Below, in pieces: positions 50,086 to 62,746 of a DNA stretch of 64,000 bases. The first letter of the stretch is position 1, and every line of letters begins with the position of its first letter. The notes under the pieces were generated by a model. That model saw nothing but the letters and a program-made list of their open reading frames with translations. It searched no databases and was not told the origin of the DNA. The stretch lies in NCBI RefSeq assembly GCF_006345805.1, contig NC_043022.1, positions 22,134,001-22,198,000 on the forward strand, written 5' to 3'. The DNA is from Octopus sinensis. Its lineage: Eukaryota. Made by a program: the position numbers and the translations under genes.

Positions 50086-51633
50086 CTTACTCGAGTTATT
50101 GACTAGCACTACATCAGCCTTGATTGAGTAGATTATATGATCAAGGGCATTCCAGCCATGACCATATTTTTGTTTTTCAAGCAATCTGTACTTGGAGCCA
50201 CATTCTATAAGTACAGTGTTCTAGTAAACTGGGACTTTCTTCTTTCAAGGAAGTAGAGTGTGACAAGTGAGATTTGGTTGCTGTTTCTAGCAGATTGAGT
50301 AACCACATAGAAGCATCCCCCATTGGTTCACTGCACTGAGGTGTTAATTCTCACAATGATCACTAAATTCTCTTGCAGAAGGGTGTCAAAATCATGATGT
50401 TAAGTTAGCAAGAACTGAAGTAAACATTGGCTCTTGTTGACAACAACATAGAGGTCCCTCAAGAAGATAGCAACCCAAATGGCGCAATTTGACAGATTTT
50501 CACAGGAGGCCATCATTAAAGTGGTTGGAAGAAATGTACTAAAAGAGATATCCCTTCCTAGCAACAGTTGAATGAAAAACTCCACAGGCAAAGATTTTTT
50601 TGTTAAGCAACACTTTATGAATATATATACGTTTGAGCTAGCTGTAAAAAAAAAAAATAAATAAAACAGCAAAAAAAAAAGAAAAATTGAAAAATCTGCC
50701 ATTACAATGGTAAAAGAAATGGAATTTCTGTTTTTTAAAATTAATGAGTGAAAGACCATAACAGTGTTCATTCTAAACTTTAATTATGTTCAGAAAGAAC
50801 TCTGTTGAAATAAAACATTCGGCTTTTTTTTTTTTTTTGTGTGAATTAGTTTTTAGCATCAACATCACTAGCATCATGTGAAGCTAATAAATGAAGATCA
50901 TAGATTCCTCGGTGGTAGGTCAAGGTAAAAATAACTCTCACATGGTACTGATAAAAAAAAAAGTGAACAAACATGCCATTGTTTTGGTTAAATGGAGGGG
51001 CAGAAGCAGGGGAGAGAAGTAGGGATGGAAGGATGGGTAAAAAAAAAAAATTTCATTGTAATCAGCTGTCTTTAGATGTCACTGAAAAGAACATACAAAA
51101 TCCAAACATTCCAATCTAAAAAGCCTTTCATAGTTTAACATAGCTGTATTTTTAACAAACAAAACATTAAAACGCCATGAAAACAAAACAAATGCCAGAG
51201 AAAAACAAAGCTAGATAATAAATCAAATATATCTCAATTGTTTTTCAAAGATCAATATAAACAGGTTTAATAAATTCTTTTTCAATAGGCATATTTGTGC
51301 TAGACAGATTGTTTGGCCTAGTTCTCCTTATATAACATACTACCTAGTCTTAGAGCACAACCACAGATCAACCAGACAGACCCCCAACTCTTATGTGATT
51401 AACTTCTACCTCCAATTTTCCCTCTCCAGGCACTGACCTACAAAAGTTAATCTGGATAATCTTACTAGTTCACTCTTTTCCCTCTCGTTAATTTATCGTC
51501 AAAATATTTACTTTGATTAACCTTGTTGATCTCCAGTCACAGTTTGGCACTGATCCAGCAGACCCATAATCACAATTAAGTCATGACCATTCCATATTTT
51601 ATCCAGAAAATATGTCTAGGACTACATTAGTTA

Positions 51634-52335
51634 ATTCTGTTGTGTCTGGGGAGAGTCATTCTCTTTTTGTGCCTTATAATTTAATATATTTAATAACAGC
51701 ATTTTTTTTAGAGCAAGTTTGAAAAGGAGCTAGAGTAGGTGATACATGTATTTGGTCAGTATAATAACTCCTTCATATGCACAAAAAAAATTTAGATTGA
51801 GTATTCTTAAATAGTTATTTATAATCTATTGTGTCTGGGGAGTGTCATTTTCTTTTTGTGCCTTATAATTTAACACACTCACCAGTAAAATTTCCACTTG
51901 CTATTTTTATTTTCCTAAAATTTTCGTTGCATCTTGCAACCTTTTCAGTAGTCTTGACTCTGTCCGTTATTTACACTGCATTCCTTACAATGCAGTGTAA
52001 ATAATGGACAGAGTCAAGACTATTGAAAAGGCTGCAAGACACAATGAAAATTTTAGGAAAATAAAAATAAGAAATAAGTGGAAATTTTACCGGTGAGTGT
52101 GTTAAATTATAAGGCACAAAAAGAAAATTACTCTCCCCAGACACAACAAATTATAAATAACTATTTAAGAACACTCAATCTAAATTTTTTGTGCACATGA
52201 AGAAGTTATACTGACCAAATACATGTATCACCAACTCTAGCTCCTTTTCAAACTTGCTCTAAAAAAATGCTGTTATTAAATATATTAAATTATAAAGCAC
52301 AAAATGAAAATGACTCTCCCCAGACACAACAGAAT
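51634..52335. mobile_element. ~350-bp-arm palindrome with opposed hammerhead-like motifs (51915-51953 minus, 52018-52057 plus)
   Basis: Arms read as reverse complements across a 6-nt loop (51983-51988). Motif GACTA-YTGAAAA-G-GTTGC(AAGAT)GCAAC-GAAAATTT-TAG. Confidence 0.8.
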
Positions 52336-52916
52336 ATGCTTCAACACACGAACTCACATAAAGAATCTTGCAAAGCAAATCCAAAAACGAAATACATGAA
52401 TTAATATATCCTTCTTTGTTGTATACACACACACACATATCTATACACACATATATATATACACACACACACATCTATACACACACACATACATGCTTTC
52501 GGTGTGAATGGTTTTGTTATATGGCACTGTGTTTTACAATCCTGAAAAAATAATAATGGTATTTTATAAAAGCTTAAAGGTTATGGTGATCACTGTGCAA
52601 TGACTAAGGAAAATAGTCTAATAAAGGGGCATATAAGCCCTCGACAGAAAAAGAAGGCTTTCCTATCTGCAAAAAATCTCTCACAGCTGCAGTAAGTGCA
52701 TTTAATATACACTGACAGGGGAGTCGACCATCCCACAGCAAGCATGATCATCACTATACTGTAGTTTCGTTTGAAAATTACAAATTCAGTAGTGTCAACT
52801 CTGTCACCAGATGGCTAAGTGAAATCCCAACTGTCAGCATATATATTTACCATATCAATTTATGAGTAGTTTAGCAAAATGCTAATGTGAAAATTATAAA
52901 ATAATGAAAATGGCTA

Positions 52917-53259
52917 TCTCTATATATATAAATGGCAATATACAAATCCACAATTTTTCAGTTAGAGGGATCGCACTTTCTATGGTCATTCAAAACCATC
53001 CAAGGGTGGTCATGCACATCCTTATATTTCCCCAGTCACCCTGTAAAGCCATTAAAAAATCAATAGAAGTGACTTTTTTGTGAATTTTCTATCCAAAACC
53101 CAATCAAAATGCCCGAAACTTGATACGCCAATTGAATGCCAGCTAGCTGTATGTGATTGGTCGGAGATTTGGACAGTACTCGCGTGTATGTGTGCACGCA
53201 CACAGCTGTATATGCTTGCACTAGCACTATGACCTGGCGTTGCCGGGTCATAGTGCTAG
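52917..53259 (+). mobile_element. Non-autonomous Helitron
   Basis: A|TCTCTATATATATAAA 5' end, 19-bp 3' hairpin ending CTAG|T. Confidence 0.7.
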
Positions 53260-53266
53260 TATGCAA

Positions 53267-53426
53267 TATAAAGCCAAAAAGGAAAATTTAATTAGCTGTG
53301 ACTGAGGGTGCAGGGTAGCACCTACTGCAGCTGGAAGAGCTTTTTAGCTCTTATTTGTAGCAATCTAGGTACTACCCTGCACTCTTAGTCACAACTAGTG
53401 ACAAATTTTTCCTTTTTGATTTTATA
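53267..53426. mobile_element. Short fold-back MITE
   Basis: tataaagccaaaaaggaaaattt..tgtgactgagggtgcagggtagcaccta pairs with taggtactaccctgcactcttagtcaca..aaatttttcctttttgattttata. Confidence 0.65.
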
Positions 53427-53534
53427 ATTTGTATAGCCACCTTCATTATTACAGTTCCCATCTTTCAAATCCACTCACAAGGTTTTGGTCAACCTGATGC
53501 CATAGTAGAAGACACTGCAAGTCAGTCCTCTTAA

Positions 53535-53862
53535 CCCTTTCATTACCAACCCAGCTGAAACCGGCTCTGGTTCTGAGTACAGATGTCTTGTTTTCATCAT
53601 CATCATCGTTTAACGTCCGTTTTCCGCGCTAGCATGGGTTGGACGGTTCGACCGGGGTCTGGAAAGCCAGGGGCTGCTCCAGGCTCCAGTCTGATCTGGC
53701 AGAGATAAGTTTTAAATTAAAACTTTCCACCAAACCTTAGTCACAGTTTATATTCCTAAAACTAGCTTAATGATAAACAAGTTATTTTACTAAATTCTTT
53801 GTATAGTTAAAGTAATTGAAAGAAACACAGAGCATCTCAAAATAAATACAGTAACAAAAGGG
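53535..53862 (-). mobile_element. piggyBac-like MITE (same family as 41764) with nested SINE fragment at about 53597-53703
   Basis: TTAA flanks, CCCTTT/AAAGGG ends, reverse-complement homology to 41764-41970. Confidence 0.8.
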
Positions 53863-55432
53863 TTAATCCAGCAGATATATATAAAAGATAATTAAGCGGT
53901 AATTATCAGTTTTAATTTATTTATACAGCAAACAGGGTATATGAGAAGATACTATAGAATGTTTCCTTCTTACTTTTTTTTTTGCTCAACTTCAGTGTAT
54001 GAGTTGAGCAACATTTGGTGGAATTTGAACTCATAATATAAGGAGCCAGAATAAATACTGCAAGGTATTTTTAGGATATTCTAATGATCGTGTCAGTTCA
54101 CTTAGCTCAAGGTCATAAATCTGGGCACCACAGAACTCAAGTGGTACTTTATTTTATTGGCTCTGGAAGGATGAAAGGGACAGTTGGGTTCAACAACATT
54201 TGAATTCAGAAAGTAAACAGCCAGAACAAATACAACAAAGCACTTTGTCTGATGTTCAAACAAATTGCCAACTCATTGTTCTCATAATAATAATTTTTAA
54301 TGTATACAAAGACAAGATATTGTTCTTGGTGAAAATAGGAAAAGTCAATGAAATTATCCCTAGTACATGATAAATACTTTATTTTATCAATACCCAAGAA
54401 GAACAAAAAGTTAAATTGATCAAGATAATATTTGGAGTCAGAATATAACAAGATAATTAGATACTGTAAAATACTTTGTCCAGGGCTACTGCACCTACTC
54501 TGTACAATATATTGGACACACAAGTAAAAGAGATAAAATTAGGTAAACAATAGTTTTCTATATTTTTTTTTATTCATATTTAAAATAGAATCTTTTAAAA
54601 ACTTTCCAAGGAACATGCAGCAGTAATTTCTTATGATCCACATTTCCTATGTAATGAGTCAATCTGCTAGAAATAACAACTAAATCTCCAAGTCACATCC
54701 TCATGTCTTAGAAAAAAGAGGACACATTAGATATTCTGGTCCTAAATACACTATATCTAAAAAAATACGTTATGGTCACAACTGGAACACCTCAATCCTA
54801 GATTAGCAAGATCAGAGCTGATTAAGGTTAAAAAATAATAATGAATAGATTAGATAATGTAGTCCTATGTACACTGTGTCTGAATAAAAGACAGGATGGT
54901 CACTTCTGGAACATCATAGTTCTATTAGATTAGAGTGGACTTAGAGCTAAACCATTACAAAAAAGAACATCACATCAAATAGTGTAGCCATAGATATATA
55001 AAAGATGGGATGGTCACAACCAGAAAACCTTTGATCACTGACCTGCTGGAACAGGAGTAACAAGGAGCAACCACAACATACGTATAATCTATAATCGCTA
55101 AATTACATTCAGGAAATAAAATGATCAACACTAGTTTTTATCTTCCAAGGTTTTCATCCCTATAGTCTCAACTCTATTAATATCACTACTACTACTACTC
55201 ACACACTAAAAGTAATTTATTTCCCACATTGCTCCCACCACTGCTTTTACCCACCCCCACCACACACAGCCTGAGCCTAATCATTCTTATCAGCGACTAT
55301 CAACCATCTCCCAACACCAGACATTCTAGTAACACACCCTTTGATTTACCATTTCATTATCTGAAGAACCAATCTATGAAAAATAAATAAGTAAAAAATA
55401 GTTACAGAGGCCAGAGCCTTTTAAATACATAT

Positions 55433-55467
<35 letters not shown>

Positions 55468-56960
55468 CATACATGATGATTTTCACTTCTTTACAGAAGA
55501 AGGTCATCTCTTTAATTAGCAAATGCCATCATGAGATCTCATGTGACTAGCAACTCTAGCTTTGGACAAACAGACTCTGTTGCAGATATTACAAATACTT
55601 ATTTATTCACATTGTTTTTTAATTAATCATGCATTATCTTGTAACTTCAGGAGTGTGGGCACGAGAGACCGGATCTGGCAAGTTTGAACATAAAACAAGT
55701 AAAACACACATTTTAGGCCAGATATGGCCAGTTTAAATGCCACAGAGTTAAGGTTGCTTTTCATGGCATCCCTAAAATGTTTCTTAAGTTTATGTCTTGA
55801 ACATTTACCATGTGGCAACTCTCCATTAAAAATTTGTCATCCAGCATCGTAGTAAGGTGTCCAGCCCAGTACATCTGACATCATATGAAAAGAATTTCAA
55901 TGTGTTGGCCCACTCAAGATCAATGGTGTCTGGTGTTAGAAACTGCGTATATACATACAACACACTCATTCATCCTCATTTATATAGAAATACTATCAAA
56001 GGCAGCGAGCTGGCAGAATCGTTAGCACGCCGGGCGAAATGCGAAGCCGTATTTCGTCTGCCGTTACATTCTGAGTTCAGATTCCGCCGTGGTCGACTTT
56101 ACCTTTCATCCTTTCGGGGGTCGATAAATTAAGTACCAGTTTCGCACTGGGGTCGATGTAATCAACTTAATCCCTTTGTCTGTCCTTGTTTGTCCCCTCT
56201 ATGTTTAGCCCCTTGTGGGTAATAAAGAAATATATAGAAATACTATCAAATGAATACACAAACACACCGATTGCTGTGATACCAGATTCAAATCTATTGC
56301 GCAGTACCTTAGGCTAATGCCTTCTACTAGAGCCTCAGGCCAAGGAAAGCCTTATGATTGAAGCTGAGTAACTGGGAACTGTACAAAAGGTTGCAGGATT
56401 GGTTGTAGCTGTTCTGGAATAATCTGTCATTTGATGTAAAACTACCCGTTTCTTTACTACCCACAAGGGGCCAAACACAGAGAGGACAAACAAGGACAGA
56501 CAACGTCGATTATATTGACCCCAGTGCATAACTGGTACTTATTTAATCGACCCCGAAAGGATGAAAGGCAAAGTTGACCTCGGTGGAATTTGAACTCAGA
56601 ACGTAGCAGCAGACGAAATACTGCTAAGCATTTATCCTTGCGTGCTAATGTTTCTGCCAGCTCGCCTACCACCTGGCTCTTGGGCCCCTGACTGACATCA
56701 GAGTAGAGCCCCCTATCATATCAGAGCTCCAGGTCTAGGGTTAACTCAATGAATAGACGTACTGCTTCTTCCTACAAAGTAACTTCGAGTAGCTATAGGA
56801 GTTGTGATTTTTTCTTTTTGTCTTCTTCACTCCAACTGCCTCAAAGGCCATGTAGAGAGGAATCATGAGCACTGGGTTGGCTTGTCTCAGTCAGCTTCTC
56901 TTTCTGTGCATGTGTGTATGTGAGTGTATGTTTATTTTTTATATATATGTGTGTGTGTGT

Positions 56961-56999
<39 letters not shown>

Positions 57000-57522
57000 G
57001 TATATATACTCTTTTACTCTCTTTTACTTGTTTCAGTCATTTGACTGCGGCCATGCTGGAGCACCACCTTTAGCCGAGCAAATCGATCCTGGGACTTATT
57101 CTTTGTAAGCACAGTACTTATTCTATCGGTCTGTTGCCAAACCGCTAAGTGACAGGGACATAAACACACCAGCATCGGTTGTCAAGCAATGCTAGAGGGA
57201 CAAACACAGACACACAAACATACACACACATACATATATATACATATATACGACAGGCTTCTTTCAGTTTCCGTCTACCAAATCCACTCACAAGGCATTG
57301 GTCGGCCCGAGGCTATAGCAGAAGACACTTGTCCAAGATGCCACGCAGTGGGACTGAACCCGGAACCATGTGGTTGGTAAGCAAGCTACTTACCACACAG
57401 CCACTCCTGCGCCTATATATATATATCATCATTATTGTTTAATGTCCGCCTTCCATGCTGGATGTTAAACAATGACGATATATAGATATATATAAAAAAT
57501 AAACATACATACACACACACGT

Positions 57523-57553
<31 letters not shown>

Positions 57554-58094
57554 CACGCAGGCATTGCAGTTTGTAAGAAGCTTGCTTCCTAACCACCTAG
57601 TTCTGGGTTCAGTCTCTCTGTATAGCACCCTGGGCAAGTGTCTTCTATCATAGTTTCAGGCTGTCCAAAGCCTTGTGAGTGGATATGGTAGATGGAAGCT
57701 GAAAGAAGCCTGTTGTATATACGGTACTACACTCTTGGAGTGGTTGGCGTTAGGAAGGGCATCTAGCTGTAGAAACTCTGCCAGATCAAGACTGGAGCCT
57801 GGTGCAGCCATCTGGTTTACCAGTCCTCAGTCAAATCGTCCAACCCATGCTAGAATGGAAAGCGGACGTTAAACGATGATGATGATGATGATCCATGTGT
57901 GCCTTTGTGTCCATGTTTGTCGACTGGTGTTAGTGTGTTTACATACCTGTAACTTAGCAGTTTGCCAAAAGTGACTGATAGAATAAGTACTAGGCTTTAA
58001 AAAAATAAGTACAGGTGTTGATTCATTCAACTAAGAGTTCTTGAAGGTGGTACCCCAGGATGGTTGCAGTCTAATGACTGAAACAAGTAAAAGG

Positions 58095-59270
58095 GGATGG
58101 CTGGTGATTTCAATGGACATGCTGGACAACACCTGAGTGTCTTCCATGGGGTACATGGAAGTCATGAAATTTGTTCCGAAATGAGGAGGGAACAAGGCTG
58201 CTGGAGTTCTGTGATGTGAATGACCTAATGATCTGCAACACTAACTTCAGTAAACCAGGCAGTTACCTGATAACCTATAAATCCGGTGACCATGCTAGCC
58301 AGATTTACTACATTCTCACCAGAAAGCAAGATTTATGGTTGCTCATAAATGCAAAGTCCTTTCCTGGTGAAGAATGTACTCCTCAGCATAGGTGACTCGT
58401 TAGTGACTTCAAACTACAGACATGAAGGATTTCAAGAAGTGGCACGTAAAAAGAACCATCTGATTGTGGCCGTTGCCAGCGTCGTTTGGCCTCCGTGCCG
58501 GTGGCACGTAAAAAGCACCATCCAATTGTGACCATTGCCAGCCTCGTCTGGCCTCCGTACCAGTGGCACGTAAAAAGCACCATCTGATTGTGGCCATTTG
58601 CCAGCCTCATCTGCACCTGTGCCGGTGGCACATAAAAAGCACCCACTACACTCACGGAGTGGTTGGTGTTAGGAAGGGCATCCAGCTGTAGAAACACTGC
58701 CAGATTAGACTGGGCCTGGTGCAGCCTTCTGGCTTGCTAGACCCCAGTTGAACAGTCCAACCCATGCTGGCATGGAAAGCGGACGTTAAACGATGATGAT
58801 GATGATGTATCTGGAATCTTAAGGATCCTTTCCATAGTCAGAGGTTTAGAGGTGTCCTACAGAAGCATTTAATGAAGAGGAAGAACTACAGACATGTAAC
58901 ATAGAGGATAACTGGAAGTTCCTACGTGTCAACTTACTGTGAGCCACAGACCAAATTTGTTGTTGGTGCAAAGTCCCAACTAGACCTAGGGTGAGATGGT
59001 GATGGAACAGTGTAGTTGACAGGGTCATTAGAGCAAAGAAACAAGACTGAAAGGGTTGCAGAAGCAAGGAGCTGTATCAGGCATCTAGAAGGGGAGCTAA
59101 GGGTGAAGCAGAAAGGGATAAGTTTGCCAATGTTCTGTAGCATGAGGACCAGCAGCTTGAAATGTCTTGATTTGCAAAACAGGGCACTCTGATACCTTCA
59201 CCAAGGACCAAGTCAGCTGGGTAAAGAGTGGCTATAAGGGGAAACCAAGTGAACAGATATGGAGACAATG
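58095..59270 (+). mobile_element. RTE LINE endonuclease/linker fragment interrupted by a SINE at about 58437-58806
   Basis: RNEEGTRLLEFCDVNDLMICNTNF..ITYKSG..QI.YIL..GEECTPQHR, resuming WNLKDP..RWWWNSVVDRVIRAKK. Confidence 0.8.
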
Positions 59271-60339
59271 ATGTAAATAAACAGATAAAATTCCTCAGGT
59301 CTGATATATAGAATATGTATACATGGTAGAGTCCCTTGCCCTACATAGGCATAGGAGTGGCTGTGTGGTAAGTAGCTTGCGTACCAACCACATGGTTCCG
59401 GTTTCAGTCCCACTGTGTGGCACCTTGGGTAAGTGTCTTCTACTATAGCATCGGGCCGACCAAAGCCTTGTGAGTAGATTTGGTAGACGGAAACTGAAAG
59501 AAGCCTGTTGTATATATGTATGTATATATATTTATATACATGTTTGTGTGTATGTTTGTGTCTGTGTTTGTCCCCCACAACATCGCTTGACAACCAATGC
59601 TGGTGTGTTTACGTCCCTTTAACTTAGCAGTTCAGCAAAAGAGACTGATAGAATAAGTACTAGGCTTACAAAGAATAAGTCCTGGAGTCGATTTGCTCGA
59701 CTAAAGGCGGTGCTCCAGCATGGCCACAGTCAAATTACTGAAATGAGTAAAAGACAAGTGAAGGAACAACAAACAGGGTGTGTTAGTTTGAAGTTCAGGA
59801 AAAATGGAAGAAGTCTTTGATATTTCACGTCTATGCTCTCCTACAGAAAGGGACGAGGAGAGAAAACAAATATAGAGAGGAAAAAATGTGTCTGGATTAA
59901 TAGTTGCACATATTGAATTCACCAGAAGGAAGGAAGTGGTTGGAGGTGTTAGTGGCAAATGAGACAGCAGTGACCTGGCTGAAGTTTTGCATGTGCTATC
60001 ATGTATGTACGATGTGTGGATAAGCATATGTGTGAGTATGAGAGTCCACCCAAAAAATAAATACACACTTCAAGGAAAGGAAAACACGTAGAAATATTTT
60101 AATTCTAAATTTATTCAGTTACCTTTAAATTTTACGATCTTTTTTTGACTGTTATCAAGTGTATGACATTAAAAAAAAATTTTTTTTTTTTAATTTTAAT
60201 GAAAAATTTCAAAACATTTTTTGTTTTAAAAAGACCATAATTTTTACTGTTGGTAAGGTGTGATACTGAAAAAGTTAGGTTACACCTGGTGAATTGAGTT
60301 TTATGTGTTACTTTAACACATGGTAGGTAAGGATGAAGA

Positions 60340-60870
60340 GTTTGTGAGGACAATTGTGTGATCTGATGAAGTACAATTTAAGCTAAATAGAACAGTGAAC
60401 CAACATAATTGTATTTACTGGGTACCAGAAAATCCTTGCTTGCATGTGGACAAAGCTGTCAATTTACCAGGGGTCAATGTCTAGTGCTGAGTATCATCAA
60501 GAGGTGTGACAGGACAATTTTCCTTTGAATATACAAGCTCAATTTACCTGCCATACATGCACTTTAAGGAAATAATGAATTTTTCTTTCAACAAGGACAG
60601 CACACTGCCACACTACTGCCAAGACATGCAAGCTTATTTGGATAAGAATTTACAAGGACGCTGGACAAGATGAAATGGTGCGGTTATGTTTCCCACATGT
60701 TCTCATTTAACATCTGCACACTTTTACTTACGGGGCACCCTAAAGGATATCAGGTATCACAGAAAACCAGCTTCACTGATGGCTCTTTGGGGAGAAATTG
60801 AAATGACATGTGCAGCAATCCCACAGGACACTTTGGCCAATATTTGCCTGCTCTACATTGATAATGGGCA
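60340..60870 (+). mobile_element. Tc1/mariner (DD37D/rosa-like) transposase relic
   Basis: Stitched frames: [69 protein letters not shown]. Confidence 0.75.
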
Positions 60871-61540
60871 AATATCCTGAACCTAGTCTGTAGATGTCAG
60901 ACCAGAAAGGGGAATTAGCTGACCTTCCCTATTCAAAGGTTATAATGGACACAGGCTCATGTGTCACATAGCTAGCTAGAGGAGATGGCCTCTTGGAGCT
61001 AATCAACGGCAGCATTCGTCCTATTTATCTGGACTGCCATGTTAGCTTGGCAATAACTATTAATACAATATTTTTTTTCATCTATGGAAGAGCTCCATCC
61101 AAAATATCAGAATTCACCTCTCACACAACACAGGAACTTGATCAAATTTGTGTCCTTTATTAACTTACTTTTACAAAAGCAAACTATCCCTCTACAATTT
61201 TAAGTTTAATGCAAAGCAGGGTTTAGGTTACACTAAGCATATATCATATGTCAAATTTTTTATATATGTCATGTGTGTGTGTGAATTTTATATAAGTGTG
61301 TCCATTATATGAGATACTTGTATATAAGGTATACATTACATACAAGATATGTCATACATGTAACTTATGTCCGGTATCCTTTAATGTAAGATATATCCTT
61401 TATATAAAGTATGTCCCATATGCAAGCTATGTCCTTTATGCAAAGATGATTTAAAATGTGTTTAAAGAAGTATCTGTTATAAAAATATTCTTTATATAAA
61501 GACATCGTTTGTACAAAAGTGTGTCATGATGTATTTTGTA

Positions 61541-62746
61541 TTGGGTTGGTAACTAAGTTCCCACCGTTTTTTTTTAATTTTGGAATCTATTTTGTTTTTT
61601 TTCTAGCTAATTTTAGTTAATTTTTGTTTATTTTAAGATCATTAAAACGGAATGTCAAGTTAAGAAAAATGAGCATTTTTGACACCTCTTTCTTTTTGCT
61701 TTTAATTAAATGCTCATGACATTTGTGCTGTGTATGGAGAGGGTGCAATAGCTGAAAGAACCGCTCGTGATTAGTATGCCAAGTTCAAAAATGGAAATTT
61801 TGACCTCAAAGACACACCTCGTTCTGGCCATCCAGTTGAGTTCAATGAAGAGCGATTAAACCAACTTTTGCATGAAAATTCTTGTCAAATGACAAGGGAA
61901 CGGGCAGAGAAAATAGAATGCTCCACACTGCTATAGAAAAGCATCTTCACTTGATGGGAAAGGTTCAGAAGTATGGAGCATGGGTTCTGCATGCTTTAAG
62001 TGACGACAACAAAAATCAACGAGCCACAATCTCCGCTGGTTTGCTTGCTCATCACTGCTCAACTCATGGACACAAGCAACAATTTCTTTACCGAATCATT
62101 ACTGGCGACGAAAACTGGTGCCTGTACATCAATATGAAGCAGCATAAGGAATTGCTTAGCCCCAGTAAACAAGCGACACCATGTGTGAAACCAGATCATC
62201 ATCTGTGTAAAACAATGTTGTGTGTATGGTGGGACTGGGAAGGGATTATCCATTACGAATTGCTTGAACAGAACCAAACAGTCAATGTAGAACTCTATGT
62301 TCAACAGATGGAACGACTCAACATGGATATTCAAGAGAAAAGACCTAATCGGCAGTATGGAGTTCTTCTGCTGCACGACATCGCCCGCCCTCATATCGCC
62401 AATATGACCAAGGAAGCCATTCAAACGCATGGCTGGGTAGTGCTGCCACACCTGCCGTACTCTCCTGATTTGACGCCAACGGATTTCCACCTCTTTCGCT
62501 CTCTTTCAAATGCTGTGCGTGGAGTTTCGTTCAATATTGATGCAGAATTGAGAGCTTGGTTGGATCAATTTTTCAAGTCGAAATCGGGTGATTTCTACCA
62601 ATAAGGTAGTGAAAATCTTGTTGAATGTTGGGAAGAAGTTGTAAACAACAAGGGTGAAAACATTATTGATTAATTAGTTATTTTTTATTAAACCTTTAAA
62701 AAAATTTAGATTTAAAAAAACAGCAGGAACTTAGTTGCCGACCTCA
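61541..62746 (+). mobile_element. Mariner DNA transposon, decayed D,D34D transposase
   Basis: ~28-bp imperfect TIRs with TA flanks. WVLHALS (WVPHEL), ITGDENW, HDIARPH, YSPDLTPTDFHLFRSL. Stops and frameshifts present. Confidence 0.93.

Noticed and set aside
53325-53355. GAGC/GCTC hairpin preceded by CTGGAA in the MITE centre
   Set aside because: No GAAA core or stems I/III, so not a hammerhead.
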